Source: Paramicrosporidium saccamoebae KSL3 (Eukaryota > Fungi > Cryptomycota). Taken from it: a stretch of 32,000 nt of DNA. How positions within the stretch are numbered: the stretch's first letter is position 1; each line of letters opens with the position of its first letter. Shown piece by piece: positions 21,022 through 29,813 of this stretch. The notes under the pieces are model-generated. The model did not search any database, was not told the DNA's origin, and saw only the letters and a list, made by a program, of their open reading frames with translations. The position numbers were made by a program, and so were the translations under genes. The DNA lies in the NCBI GenBank assembly GCA_002794465.1, contig MTSL01000105.1, positions 1 to 32,000 of the forward strand. The letters run 5' to 3'.

Positions 21022-21402
21022 TTACTGAAGACTACATCTACAACAACCTTCCTCTTCTTTTTCATCTCCGCGTGGGAAGAGGTCGTTAGCATGCTTCCAG
21101 TTCAGTTTGACAACCGTGATAGTGCCATTCTCCTCGTACGTCACGTCCCAATCCTTGGGCTCTAGCGTGCATTTCTTATCGTATATACTGCCAAGCTGGA
21201 CCGCTTCGACTTCACTTAGTGATATAGTAAAGGTTTGGCTGTCTTCATTGGGTCGAAGTTTGATACCAGTGCAGTAGCCGCTCTTCTTGCATAGCCAAAT
21301 GTGCTGAACTAGGCTTGGATCTGTAACAACAAATTTGACTATACTGCCCATGACGGTAATACAGTAGAGCAAAAGGATAAACTGCAAAAGGATAGCCGTC
21401 AT
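21022..21402 (-). CDS. Small secreted protein B (126 aa), C-terminus GCCR-CSLQ
   Basis: ATG at 21402; signal-like MTAILLQFILLLYCITVMG; CaaX-like end with upstream cysteines. Confidence 0.75.
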   Translation of the reverse strand: MTAILLQFILLLYCITVMGSIVKFVVTDPSLVQHIWLCKKSGYCTGIKLRPNEDSQTFTISLSEVEAVQLGSIYDKKCTLEPKDWDVTYEENGTITVVKLNWKHANDLFPRGDEKEEEGCCRCSLQ

Positions 21403-21918
21403 GTCGTGTATCAAGCAGCTTACCCTAATAGCCCCCACCCCTTAAAGGCTAAGTGATTGGTGTTAATCTGGCATGTAGCTCGTAGTGGGCATAATAGCCC
21501 TTTCAGGGGCCCCGATCTAGCGGGACATTCTCTCCGCAATCAAACTATTTAATAAGACGGCTTTCACAGTGGACGATAACTATCAATTCCCCATGCGTAA
21601 AGTATCGTGCAACGAACAGATTGGCATGGGTCAATTCGCCGTTACTGTGGGTGGCTGACTAGTTGACACTACAGAACCCCAAAAAGGTTCCTATCACTAT
21701 GGTTGTTGGTCAGGCCTCATCCTGACTGCATGGGCCAGTGCCTCTTAATAATATAAAGCAACCTTTTTACACCATGTCGGTGCACATGGAAATATATCAT
21801 TCCAAGGATTAGCGTAATGCCAGCTGAGACTCTTTGGGAAATGCTACCAGAATCGCTAAAGCCTGGTTAGGCTTAAAAACTGTTTAATGTGTGTGTAATC
21901 GATACTGCAGGTATACCT

Positions 21919-22209
21919 TTAGTAGCATATATTAACTTCCTTAGCCTCCATAGGCGGGATATCATAGCTTGCGTCTATTCTACGACCGTCCGCCAGATGC
22001 ACCTGAATTTTGGTCACGTCATTCCAATCTATAACCATGCTGGTGGAATTACCCACAACTGGCTTTTCGCCAACACAGAACCGGGACATTGGTTTGAAAA
22101 CACAAACTCCAATCACGGTACCGTTGCCAACAAAGTTAAGGGTTATGCGGGAAGCGATGCAATGGACGAGGAAGGAAAGGAGGATGCAGAAAAGAGCGCA
22201 CACTTGCAT
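21919..22209 (-). CDS. Small secreted protein C (96 aa)
   Basis: ATG at 22209; signal-like MQVCALFCILLSFLVHCIA; beta-rich; ends NICY. Confidence 0.65.
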   Translation of the reverse strand: MQVCALFCILLSFLVHCIASRITLNFVGNGTVIGVCVFKPMSRFCVGEKPVVGNSTSMVIDWNDVTKIQVHLADGRRIDASYDIPPMEAKEVNICY

Positions 22210-22624
22210 GAGGGGATACAGGGCCTGGAAACTCCAGAATACCCATGTAAGTACTTGTATTGTGATTGGCCAATACAATCAGATTTACGGATAACCGAAT
22301 TGGGAATTGTGAGGTTCGTGATAGGATCCTTTATTGAAATCCCTGGTCCTAGTTATACTGTATCGCAGGAATGAATGAATCTTACTCTTCTGTATTAGCT
22401 AAGAGAATCATTTTAATCGATCAATACGTAGGTATTGTGAGACTGAAAGTGGAGATCCTGTTAAAACATATCTGCTTATAATTAGCGGCCCTAGCCCAGA
22501 TAGCAATCCCACAATCCTGAGGATGATGACCTATAGAGGCGCCTTTAATAAAACTAGCCAACTCATCAACAGACCCTTTATTGTTTCTCCATCATATGAT
22601 ATGCTCTTACATATATGCATCAAA

Positions 22625-22948
22625 TTAAAAAATGAGTGCAATGTTTTGGCCTTGGACATTCTTCTTAAATCTTTCATGTGCTTCTATCTTGTGGGTCAAG
22701 CAAGCATCTCCTCTTATGAGCGTGATAGAGTCAATCTTTTCAGGATCCAGGCAAGAATAGTCAAAGGAAGAGCCAGGAATGTCTGAAAACGGGAACCAGC
22801 TATCACCACACTTTATAATTAGCCGCTCTATAGTAGTGGATTCACCGGCCTCATTCCTCCAGGTAAATTCGACACGAGTTGGTGGGACTACAGTCCGACT
22901 AGCCAATACAATGGAAAGCAACGACAAGAGTATCAGAGCGACCATCAT
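22625..22948 (-). CDS. Small secreted protein D (107 aa)
   Basis: Signal-like MMVALILLSLLSIVLA; VEFTWRNEAG and LDPEKIDSITL resemble proteins E and F. Confidence 0.75.
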   Translation of the reverse strand: MMVALILLSLLSIVLASRTVVPPTRVEFTWRNEAGESTTIERLIIKCGDSWFPFSDIPGSSFDYSCLDPEKIDSITLIRGDACLTHKIEAHERFKKNVQGQNIALIF

Positions 22949-23291
22949 AGCTGCTGCAATTAATTTATCTTTGATGGGCTAATGACATACTTTGGCAAGT
23001 GCTCCAGCGTGTTGAAACAATCCTCGACGGAAGGATCTCATGTCACGACAAAAATCATCTATTCCACGCCCCGTAGGCAGTGCTCCGGTGAATACTAGTT
23101 GAGATTGCACAGAGGCTTAAAAAACTCTGACAATCTATTTCGAGTAACATGTAGCGGGAGTTGATTCTCCGGGGTTGGATGGATATAAAGATCTCTTATC
23201 AGGGTTTTGATCCTAGATATACCTTTGCAGATCGTACCCTATTGCTCATTGGTGTATATACTATTAGTTTTATAAAAGTAGCCACTGGCAT

Positions 23292-23678
23292 CTATTGCTG
23301 TGAGCAGGCTCCTGAAGGCATGTTCCCATCCTCACCAACCGTTGGGGCAGAGTAATAGATTTTGAGAGACCGGGTATCTTTTAACGACTGTCTTTGACTC
23401 TCTGTCAACTTGATTACAAAAATATTGTTGGCGTCATGATAAAGTTTAAATTCCGTAATTCCATAGGGATCAGCTGTATATTCGAATCTGCAGCCATCCG
23501 GTTCGATGGGTATTATCCTGCAAAAGCGCCTGTTAGTTGTAGAGTTAAACCCAGCATGCACAAAGTTCACTTGGCGCCCACTCACGTTCTCCCAGTCGAT
23601 GTTAATTTCAAGCGAAGAGGCATATACTAAGGCGGAGAGGAGACAGAGAGCGAGGGAGAGAAGCAAATTACCAGTCAT
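23292..23678 (-). CDS. Small secreted protein E (128 aa), C-terminus CSQQ
   Basis: ATG at 23678; signal-like MTGNLLLSLALCLLSALVYA; paralogous to F. Confidence 0.75.
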   Translation of the reverse strand: MTGNLLLSLALCLLSALVYASSLEINIDWENVSGRQVNFVHAGFNSTTNRRFCRIIPIEPDGCRFEYTADPYGITEFKLYHDANNIFVIKLTESQRQSLKDTRSLKIYYSAPTVGEDGNMPSGACSQQ

Positions 23679-24048
23679 TGAGCTCAGGCAAAAATCCAAC
23701 ACCCTTGCAAATGACTTTAAACGGAAGGAGCCAAATCCCTGGTTTCTGGTTTTCTGGAGACTGGAATTGTTGTTCATTTGTCACGAAAGGGGTCTTTAAT
23801 GTGAACTATTAGCCCAATCTCATAGTGACGTGCGTCTAGTGGTCCCTCTATAATAATAACCGTGATCACAGCCGTGACCATAACATACGTGCAGGAATAA
23901 CGAGAGTCCTTTATAGTGAAAATTCTTTACTTGGTCTCCGCCACAATTGGGGATTTGGGGGTCCTGAACATGGCTAATTATTGGTACTCCACATACCATC
24001 ATGTCGACTGCCCCGCCTTGTAAAGCTTCCAATGCAATTTCTGCGTCC

Positions 24049-24115
24049 CATTTTCGGGAGCAGTTTCAATCATTTTCGGGAGCAATTTCAAGCATTTTCA
24101 GGGAATAATTACAAT
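24049..24115. repeat. 22-bp tandem repeat x3 (cattttcgggagcaRtttcaaN)
   Basis: Units at 24049, 24071 and 24093 (third degenerate). Confidence 0.85.
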
Positions 24116-24183
24116 CTAGCATGTTCATTATGAATGTGGCTTAGTTGGGTAGCTTTGGAACCCGAAACGGATTAAACTTTTCG

Positions 24184-24525
24184 CTACTGCTGCGAGCAAG
24201 TGGACGACGAGTCGTCAACCGAGTACGCGTAGAGGATTCCAAGCCAGCCCTTGGACAGACTTTCTCTCATGTCATCGTCGAGGATGGTGCGCCAGCTGTC
24301 CACTGCGGTAAAAAACTCTATCTCAGTGACACTGCCCGGATCGAACAGTCTGAATGTTACTCTGGGCTCATCGGTGCATTTTACATGTTCAGGATTTTGG
24401 TTGCTGGCATGGTGAATTCTCAGGGAAACTATAGGGGCTTGCGAACCGTCAATGTTCTTCCATCCAATTGTCACTTTAGTAGCTCGCACAAATGCTGTCA
24501 TGGCCAGCATCCATAAAATCAACAT
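24184..24525 (-). CDS. Small secreted protein F (113 aa), C-terminus CSQQ
   Basis: ATG at 24525; signal-like MLILWMLAMTAFVRA; VTIGWKNIDG, DPGSVTEIEF and DMRESL align with E. Confidence 0.75.
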   Translation of the reverse strand: MLILWMLAMTAFVRATKVTIGWKNIDGSQAPIVSLRIHHASNQNPEHVKCTDEPRVTFRLFDPGSVTEIEFFTAVDSWRTILDDDMRESLSKGWLGILYAYSVDDSSSTCSQQ

Positions 24526-24546
24526 GAGTCTCAAAATGGCTATAGT

Positions 24547-25683
24547 TTATAAATCGTGTATATACGGATAAACTCTGAAATCATTATACAGCAAGGTGCC
24601 ACTCTCATTGTAATGTAAAGCAATGTAACAATCGTGACAGTACGCACACGGATTATCATTACCCAGCCGATCATTGAGTGTAACCCAGCAAGCATAGCTT
24701 AGATCGCAAATCCGACATTTGCGTCTCTTCCTTCTCAAGTGATAGAGCTCAATTATGCCAGACCTTTCCTCAGGGGGGAGACCCCAGCGGGAGAGTTGGG
24801 CGTGATCAAATGGATGATCAAGGCGCAATTGCTCGACGACAATGTAATGCTCACATCGGCCACAGTGTACAAAGGAGTATGGGCGGCCTAGACGCAAGGG
24901 AACATCTAGCCAGGTGGTTTCATGCATGGCACGCATAGCGTAGGACCCGAAAAACTGTCTTCTGTCAGGATCTGCGTTGATCCACATACGAATAGGATGT
25001 GAAAGGTCCCGTGCGGCGGGATTGGAAATGTCACTATAAAAAGCGCCTTCGATGAAAAAGTATGAAGGAAGGAAATGCTCAGTGGAAGTTGGAGAATCTG
25101 CCCCGGGCACATTGATACCTGGAGAGGACGACCTTGGGTGGCCTTGTCGCGTAATCACCCGCTCGGAAAGACATGCGATCCGAGCTCTAAATTCTGTCAA
25201 ATATACAGACGCAAGAACATCAAATGTCTGCATCCTGGTTCCAGGCTTATTGCTGGAATAAACTGAAATGGTCAGGACAACATTAGGCTCTAAAGTTTCA
25301 GTGGAATGCTCCAAAATGTCCCGGGAAAGGACACTGTGCCGTGCAAGCCCAACCTTGTCCTGTAAGGCATTCTTGTATACGGTCATGGCCGACATTTTGC
25401 ACGAGGCAAGCCGCCTTTCCAGTTGAGACAGGCGGTCCTCAATTCTCTCAAATTCTTCGTTATCGTGTCCAGGCCCAATGACGGCGTCATTCTTGGCCTC
25501 AGCAGTGAAGAGCCGACAGGCAAGAGAAATATCATGTCCATCTTCGCGCTCAACTGTCATCCGATTAGTATCAAAGTGCTTTAGCATGCTCTCTACATGG
25601 CTATGGTCTATAGTATCCATGGTCCTTTGCCAGGTATTTGCCAACTTTGCAGGCTCAACAACATCGCCCTCATTCGTATTCAT
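24547..25683 (-). CDS. SNAPC3: snRNA-activating protein complex subunit 3 (SNAP50)
   Basis: SYFFIEGAFYSD, LRLGRPYSFVHCGRCEHYIV, and the Zn finger RKCRICDLSYACWVTLNDRLGNDNPCAYCHDCYIALHY...FRVYPY. Confidence 0.92.
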   Translation of the reverse strand: MNTNEGDVVEPAKLANTWQRTMDTIDHSHVESMLKHFDTNRMTVEREDGHDISLACRLFTAEAKNDAVIGPGHDNEEFERIEDRLSQLERRLASCKMSAMTVYKNALQDKVGLARHSVLSRDILEHSTETLEPNVVLTISVYSSNKPGTRMQTFDVLASVYLTEFRARIACLSERVITRQGHPRSSSPGINVPGADSPTSTEHFLPSYFFIEGAFYSDISNPAARDLSHPIRMWINADPDRRQFFGSYAMRAMHETTWLDVPLRLGRPYSFVHCGRCEHYIVVEQLRLDHPFDHAQLSRWGLPPEERSGIIELYHLRRKRRKCRICDLSYACWVTLNDRLGNDNPCAYCHDCYIALHYNESGTLLYNDFRVYPYIHDL

Positions 25684-25760
25684 GACCTGGGCCCGGGTAT
25701 CACTACGTCAGTTTAAACGAAAAGTTTACAAATAATTCGGATATTTTTTACAATATTGTG

Positions 25761-27935
25761 ATGGTCCGACGACGAACAATCGCAGAGGATGATGATGATG
25801 ATTCCAGAACTGGGTCAAGGACTAGGTCACGGCCACGAACTGGGTCGAGACCCAGAACCGAATCGAGAGCCAAGTCAAGACCTGTAACAGAACGAAAGCC
25901 AAGAACTAAATCAAAGAGTACGGAAAGGTCCCATAAGACTGGAACAGAATCAAGAACCAAGTCAAAGACTAGGTCAAGACCTGTAACAGAATCAAAGTCA
26001 AGAACTAAATCAAAGAGTACGGAAAGGTCCCACAAAACTGGAATAAGCATTCTGCCGGTCATCCCCGCTCGTATATACAAGCGGTGGATATTTGTTAGTA
26101 TTGTGCTCACGCTCATCTTTTCATGGTTCTTCATTCCATACTACCTCGATTCTCGCATTGTTCCTAAAAAACTAGGCCAGATTTCGGAATATTTCCTTGA
26201 AAACCCTCTCTTCCGCTTCCTCCCAGGGGCGGGCATATTTGGAGATGACTTTCTCGGCAATGTCACGGACATTTTAAAGCCGTTCTGGTCGGCAGAGACG
26301 GAGACAAACTCGCCCGGAAGGATTCTGGGAAGGAAAGGAGTAAAGGCCAAACATCCAGTGGTGATCATTCCGGGAATCACAAGCACGGGGTTAGAGCTGT
26401 GGGAGGGGTTTCCGTGCGCGCAGTCATACTTTAGACAGCGCCTCTGGGGGACTCTGACTATGATGCGTTTTATGGTAATGGACAGTGCCTGCTGGCTGCA
26501 GCATCTCAAGCTTAATTCAACTACCGGCACAGACCCAGACAATATAAAGCTCCGTCCCGCCCAAGGCTTGGAAGCCGCCGACTTTATTCTGCCGGGTTTC
26601 TGGGTCTGGGCCCCGATCATTGAAAATCTCTCCGAGATTGGCTATGACCACAATAACTTGATTATGGCGCCATACGACTGGAGATTGGACATGGCCAGAC
26701 TGGAGGAGCGTGATCATTACTTCACCCGTCTCAAAATGCAAATTGAACTACTGGTAAAGACAACGGGCGAAAAGGCGGCCATTGTCTCGCACAGCTTGGG
26801 CGGAGTAGTCTGGTTCTATTTTATGAAGTGGGTGGAAAGTAGTGTCGATTCAGACCTTATCAAAGGCGGAGGAGGTGGATCCTCATGGGTTGCCAAGCAT
26901 ATTCACGCTTCTGTCTCCATTGGAGCTCCCTATTTGGGGGTGCCCAAATCATTGAGTATGATCATTTCAGGAGAGATGAGAGATACGGCCCAGCTGGGAC
27001 AGCTGGAATCCTTCCTACTGGAAATGCTCATGTCGAAAAAGGAACGGCTGAGTCTATTCCGCTCATGGGTTGGTGGTTCCGCAATGCTTCCCAAAGGGGG
27101 TGATCTCTTTTGGGGAAACGGCAAAAAGGAAAGTCTGGTTGATGGGTCCCCAGACCTGGACTATGGACTGGTTAACATGGGCGAAGAGATTGCTCTGGAG
27201 GCTGGAATGAAGGCAAAGTATTTGACTTCTGATGTGGATGCCATCTTGCAAGCATTCCTCCCCCCAGGCATCTATGAGCGCATCAAGCGAGCCTATGCGG
27301 ACGGAGAAATGGCAGCACCGGCTGAGGTGGCCGATAATGATAATGATCCCCGCACCTGGACAAATCCATTGCGGGCACGTCTACCATATGCACCCGAGAT
27401 GACCATGTATAGTATATATGGGATCGGCAGAGACACTGAGCGAGCATACGAGTACGAAACTGTCCCTCGTGAGCAATGGCCTGAATCTTGGCAGCTCCTC
27501 GCTGATGAAGATTTGCTGTACCACCAACGCACCGATAACACGCCCGACATGTTGGTTCGAATAAAGCTGAGACTGGAGGCGGCTGAAAAGACCAAGAATC
27601 TGTACACTGGCATCTACCATGTGGATGGAGATGGAACAGTCCCTACACTCTCAAATGGCTATATGAGCGCCTATGGGTGGAAGAACTTGACCTATTTAAA
27701 CCCCTCGAAGATGAAAACTGTGACCCGTGAATACAAGGATGAGCCCCTTAGTGGAATTGGAACGATCCGCGGAGGACCCAAGACCAGCGAGCATGTGGAC
27801 ATTCTCGGGAATCATGAAGTAACCATGGACTTTCTCAAAATCGTCTCCACATGGGACGAGGAGGGCTCGGTGGAGGAGAGGATCCTCTCAGACATAATGC
27901 AGATGGCTGAGAAAATAAAAATCCCTATTTCCTAG
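25761..27935 (+). CDS. LRO1: Phospholipid:diacylglycerol acyltransferase (Lro1/PDAT, LCAT family)
   Basis: HPVVIIPGITSTGLELW, FRQRLWG, APYDWRL, nucleophile VSHSLGG, GDGTVPTLS, SEHVDILGN; N-terminal basic region followed by one TM. Confidence 0.95.
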   Translation: MVRRRTIAEDDDDDSRTGSRTRSRPRTGSRPRTESRAKSRPVTERKPRTKSKSTERSHKTGTESRTKSKTRSRPVTESKSRTKSKSTERSHKTGISILPVIPARIYKRWIFVSIVLTLIFSWFFIPYYLDSRIVPKKLGQISEYFLENPLFRFLPGAGIFGDDFLGNVTDILKPFWSAETETNSPGRILGRKGVKAKHPVVIIPGITSTGLELWEGFPCAQSYFRQRLWGTLTMMRFMVMDSACWLQHLKLNSTTGTDPDNIKLRPAQGLEAADFILPGFWVWAPIIENLSEIGYDHNNLIMAPYDWRLDMARLEERDHYFTRLKMQIELLVKTTGEKAAIVSHSLGGVVWFYFMKWVESSVDSDLIKGGGGGSSWVAKHIHASVSIGAPYLGVPKSLSMIISGEMRDTAQLGQLESFLLEMLMSKKERLSLFRSWVGGSAMLPKGGDLFWGNGKKESLVDGSPDLDYGLVNMGEEIALEAGMKAKYLTSDVDAILQAFLPPGIYERIKRAYADGEMAAPAEVADNDNDPRTWTNPLRARLPYAPEMTMYSIYGIGRDTERAYEYETVPREQWPESWQLLADEDLLYHQRTDNTPDMLVRIKLRLEAAEKTKNLYTGIYHVDGDGTVPTLSNGYMSAYGWKNLTYLNPSKMKTVTREYKDEPLSGIGTIRGGPKTSEHVDILGNHEVTMDFLKIVSTWDEEGSVEERILSDIMQMAEKIKIPIS

Positions 27936-27968
27936 TGCCGGGGCTGGAGCCGGGGTGTGGCTGAACTA

Positions 27969-29399
27969 ATGGATACAGTTGAACAAGTAACCCGCAAGTT
28001 GCGCAGATTGGCTGTGCAGAACCCGCGTGCATCTATAGATGCGCTCCTGAGATTCGTCCTCTGGGATAATAGCGCAAAGGACGTACCTGTACCAGAAGCT
28101 GCTGCTTGCCCAGAACCTGTGGAGAGCAAAAAGCACATTCTCATCCCAAGTCATGACCGAATGAATTCCGTTCTTAAAATGAGAGATACGTTCATACCAC
28201 CAAAGCCTCCTAGCATCCTTAGCAGCGTTCTTGGCTGGTTCCAAAACACGCCCGCCCGCTCTCTCGGCCGAAGGATCTGCATCATCGGCGTACACGGCTG
28301 GTTCCCCACTAGAGTGCTGCAAACAGTCGTGGGAGTGCCAAAGGGGACCTCTGTTCGGCTGTGTTTGATGATGGAGGAGGTGACCAAAGAGTTTGTTTCA
28401 AAGCAGCCCCTGTCGTTCTTTGAGACGCTACCAAGAATTGACTGTTTACCCTTGGAGGGCGAAGGATGCATCTTGGAGCGTGTTGAGCATCATTTCGCAC
28501 AACTTGATGATTTGATAACCACAGAGGACGGACAGGAGACTAGCGGGAGAAGTCTGGTTGAGAATGCAGACTCGGTGCTCTTTGTGGCGCATAGTCAGGG
28601 AGCTCCTGTCACTGCATTGCTCGCGGAACGAATGATTGATGCGGGCATCTTAAAACCCGAAAAGCAATGTGTCGCGGCATTGACATTGGCGGGTGTATTT
28701 CATGGACCGTTCCCGTCGCTGAGAGAGAATCTGGTGGTGAGATATGTAGAGGCGGATGCGGCTCGCGAATTATTCGAGCTGAATGAACCCACCAGCGAAC
28801 TCAGCATGAAAGTCCATGCAGCGCTGAACAAGGTGCTCTCACGTGATGTGCTTTTCTGCTGTATTGCCAGTTGGATGGACCAAGTTGTGCCGTTACACTC
28901 GGCCACTCTCCTAGGATTCTCGCATCCAAACATCTGGAGGGCGGTGTATATTGATGCGCATAACTATCAACCGGATTTTCTGTCGCAATTAGTGTTATCG
29001 GCACTGACCATGGCGAATGCATCGGTTCCTGGTGCTAGAGAATTGGTGGCGCAATTAGGCGAAGCATTGGCCGGGTCTTTGTATCAGAGCAATGCGCATT
29101 CCACCTTGTATGAGGATTATGGTGTATACAGTGCGGTACTGCGGTGGATGTACGCTATTCCAAGGAGTCAGTCCGCAATGCCAACCCTCCACCATGCAGA
29201 AATGGTACCGCGTCTAGTGGAGAATCCATACTTTTTGCCGTGGACCCTCCGAGGATTACTCAATGAAGAAGGTTTATCTAAATCCCCCATGCTCCTGCAA
29301 GACCTTACAAAACTGAAGGAACTGCACGAGGAATGGAGGCCGGATCGGAAGGTGTGGAAAGAGTTGAAGCTCCAAGCTGAACCACTGAGTAAAATATAG
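27969..29399 (+). CDS. Conserved fungal alpha/beta-hydrolase-like protein (yeast YML020W-like)
   Basis: IIGVHGWFPTRVLQTVVGVPKGTS, LEGEG, FVAHSQG, AGVFHGPF, DQVVPLHSA, NPYFLPWTLRGLL. Confidence 0.75.
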   Translation: MDTVEQVTRKLRRLAVQNPRASIDALLRFVLWDNSAKDVPVPEAAACPEPVESKKHILIPSHDRMNSVLKMRDTFIPPKPPSILSSVLGWFQNTPARSLGRRICIIGVHGWFPTRVLQTVVGVPKGTSVRLCLMMEEVTKEFVSKQPLSFFETLPRIDCLPLEGEGCILERVEHHFAQLDDLITTEDGQETSGRSLVENADSVLFVAHSQGAPVTALLAERMIDAGILKPEKQCVAALTLAGVFHGPFPSLRENLVVRYVEADAARELFELNEPTSELSMKVHAALNKVLSRDVLFCCIASWMDQVVPLHSATLLGFSHPNIWRAVYIDAHNYQPDFLSQLVLSALTMANASVPGARELVAQLGEALAGSLYQSNAHSTLYEDYGVYSAVLRWMYAIPRSQSAMPTLHHAEMVPRLVENPYFLPWTLRGLLNEEGLSKSPMLLQDLTKLKELHEEWRPDRKVWKELKLQAEPLSKI

Positions 29400-29517
29400 A
29401 AGCTGTACCATAAACTATATTACTGCACCATATCGGACGACCCCCACTAGATTGTTTTTGTGAATTAGTGAAATGTTTAGCCGAGCGCTGGTTGTCCACA
29501 TGGTATGAGGCATCACA

Positions 29518-29723
29518 GGCGGGGAATGGAAATAGTGACCCTCCTTGAACATGGAGGCGAGGAATGGAAATAGTGACTCTCCTTGGACATGGAGGCGAGG
29601 AATGAAAATATTGACTCTCCTTGAACATATTGGCCTTCCTTGAACATATTGACTCTCCTTGAGCATATTGACTTTCCTTGAACATATTGACTTTCCTTGA
29701 GCATATTAACTCTCCTTGAACAT
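29518..29723. repeat. Composite minisatellite: 38-bp unit x3, then its 19-bp half x5
   Basis: ggcgRggaatggaaatagtgactctccttgaacatgga x3, then attgactYtccttgaRcat x5. Confidence 0.95.
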
Positions 29724-29813
29724 GCCGTTGAGTCTATACCAGCTGGTAGTTCTTGGTCATTCACAAATCAACTATATTGACACCGTGGTAATACTCCTCA
29801 CCACGCAACAATT

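Noticed and set aside
21496-21511. Histone stem-loop-like agccctttcaggggcc
   Set aside because: Lacks the GG base and the U-UUUC-A geometry, and does not follow a histone gene.
23820-24032. 70-aa minus-strand ORF inside the secreted island
   Set aside because: No signal peptide and no family motif; likely intergenic noise.
29518-29723. CRISPR-like repeat/spacer pattern
   Set aside because: The spacers are near-identical to each other and then vanish; eukaryotic context and no cas genes.
29305-29764. Repetitive ORFs (MFKESQY/HSSPP units)
   Set aside because: Translations of the minisatellite; no independent coding evidence.
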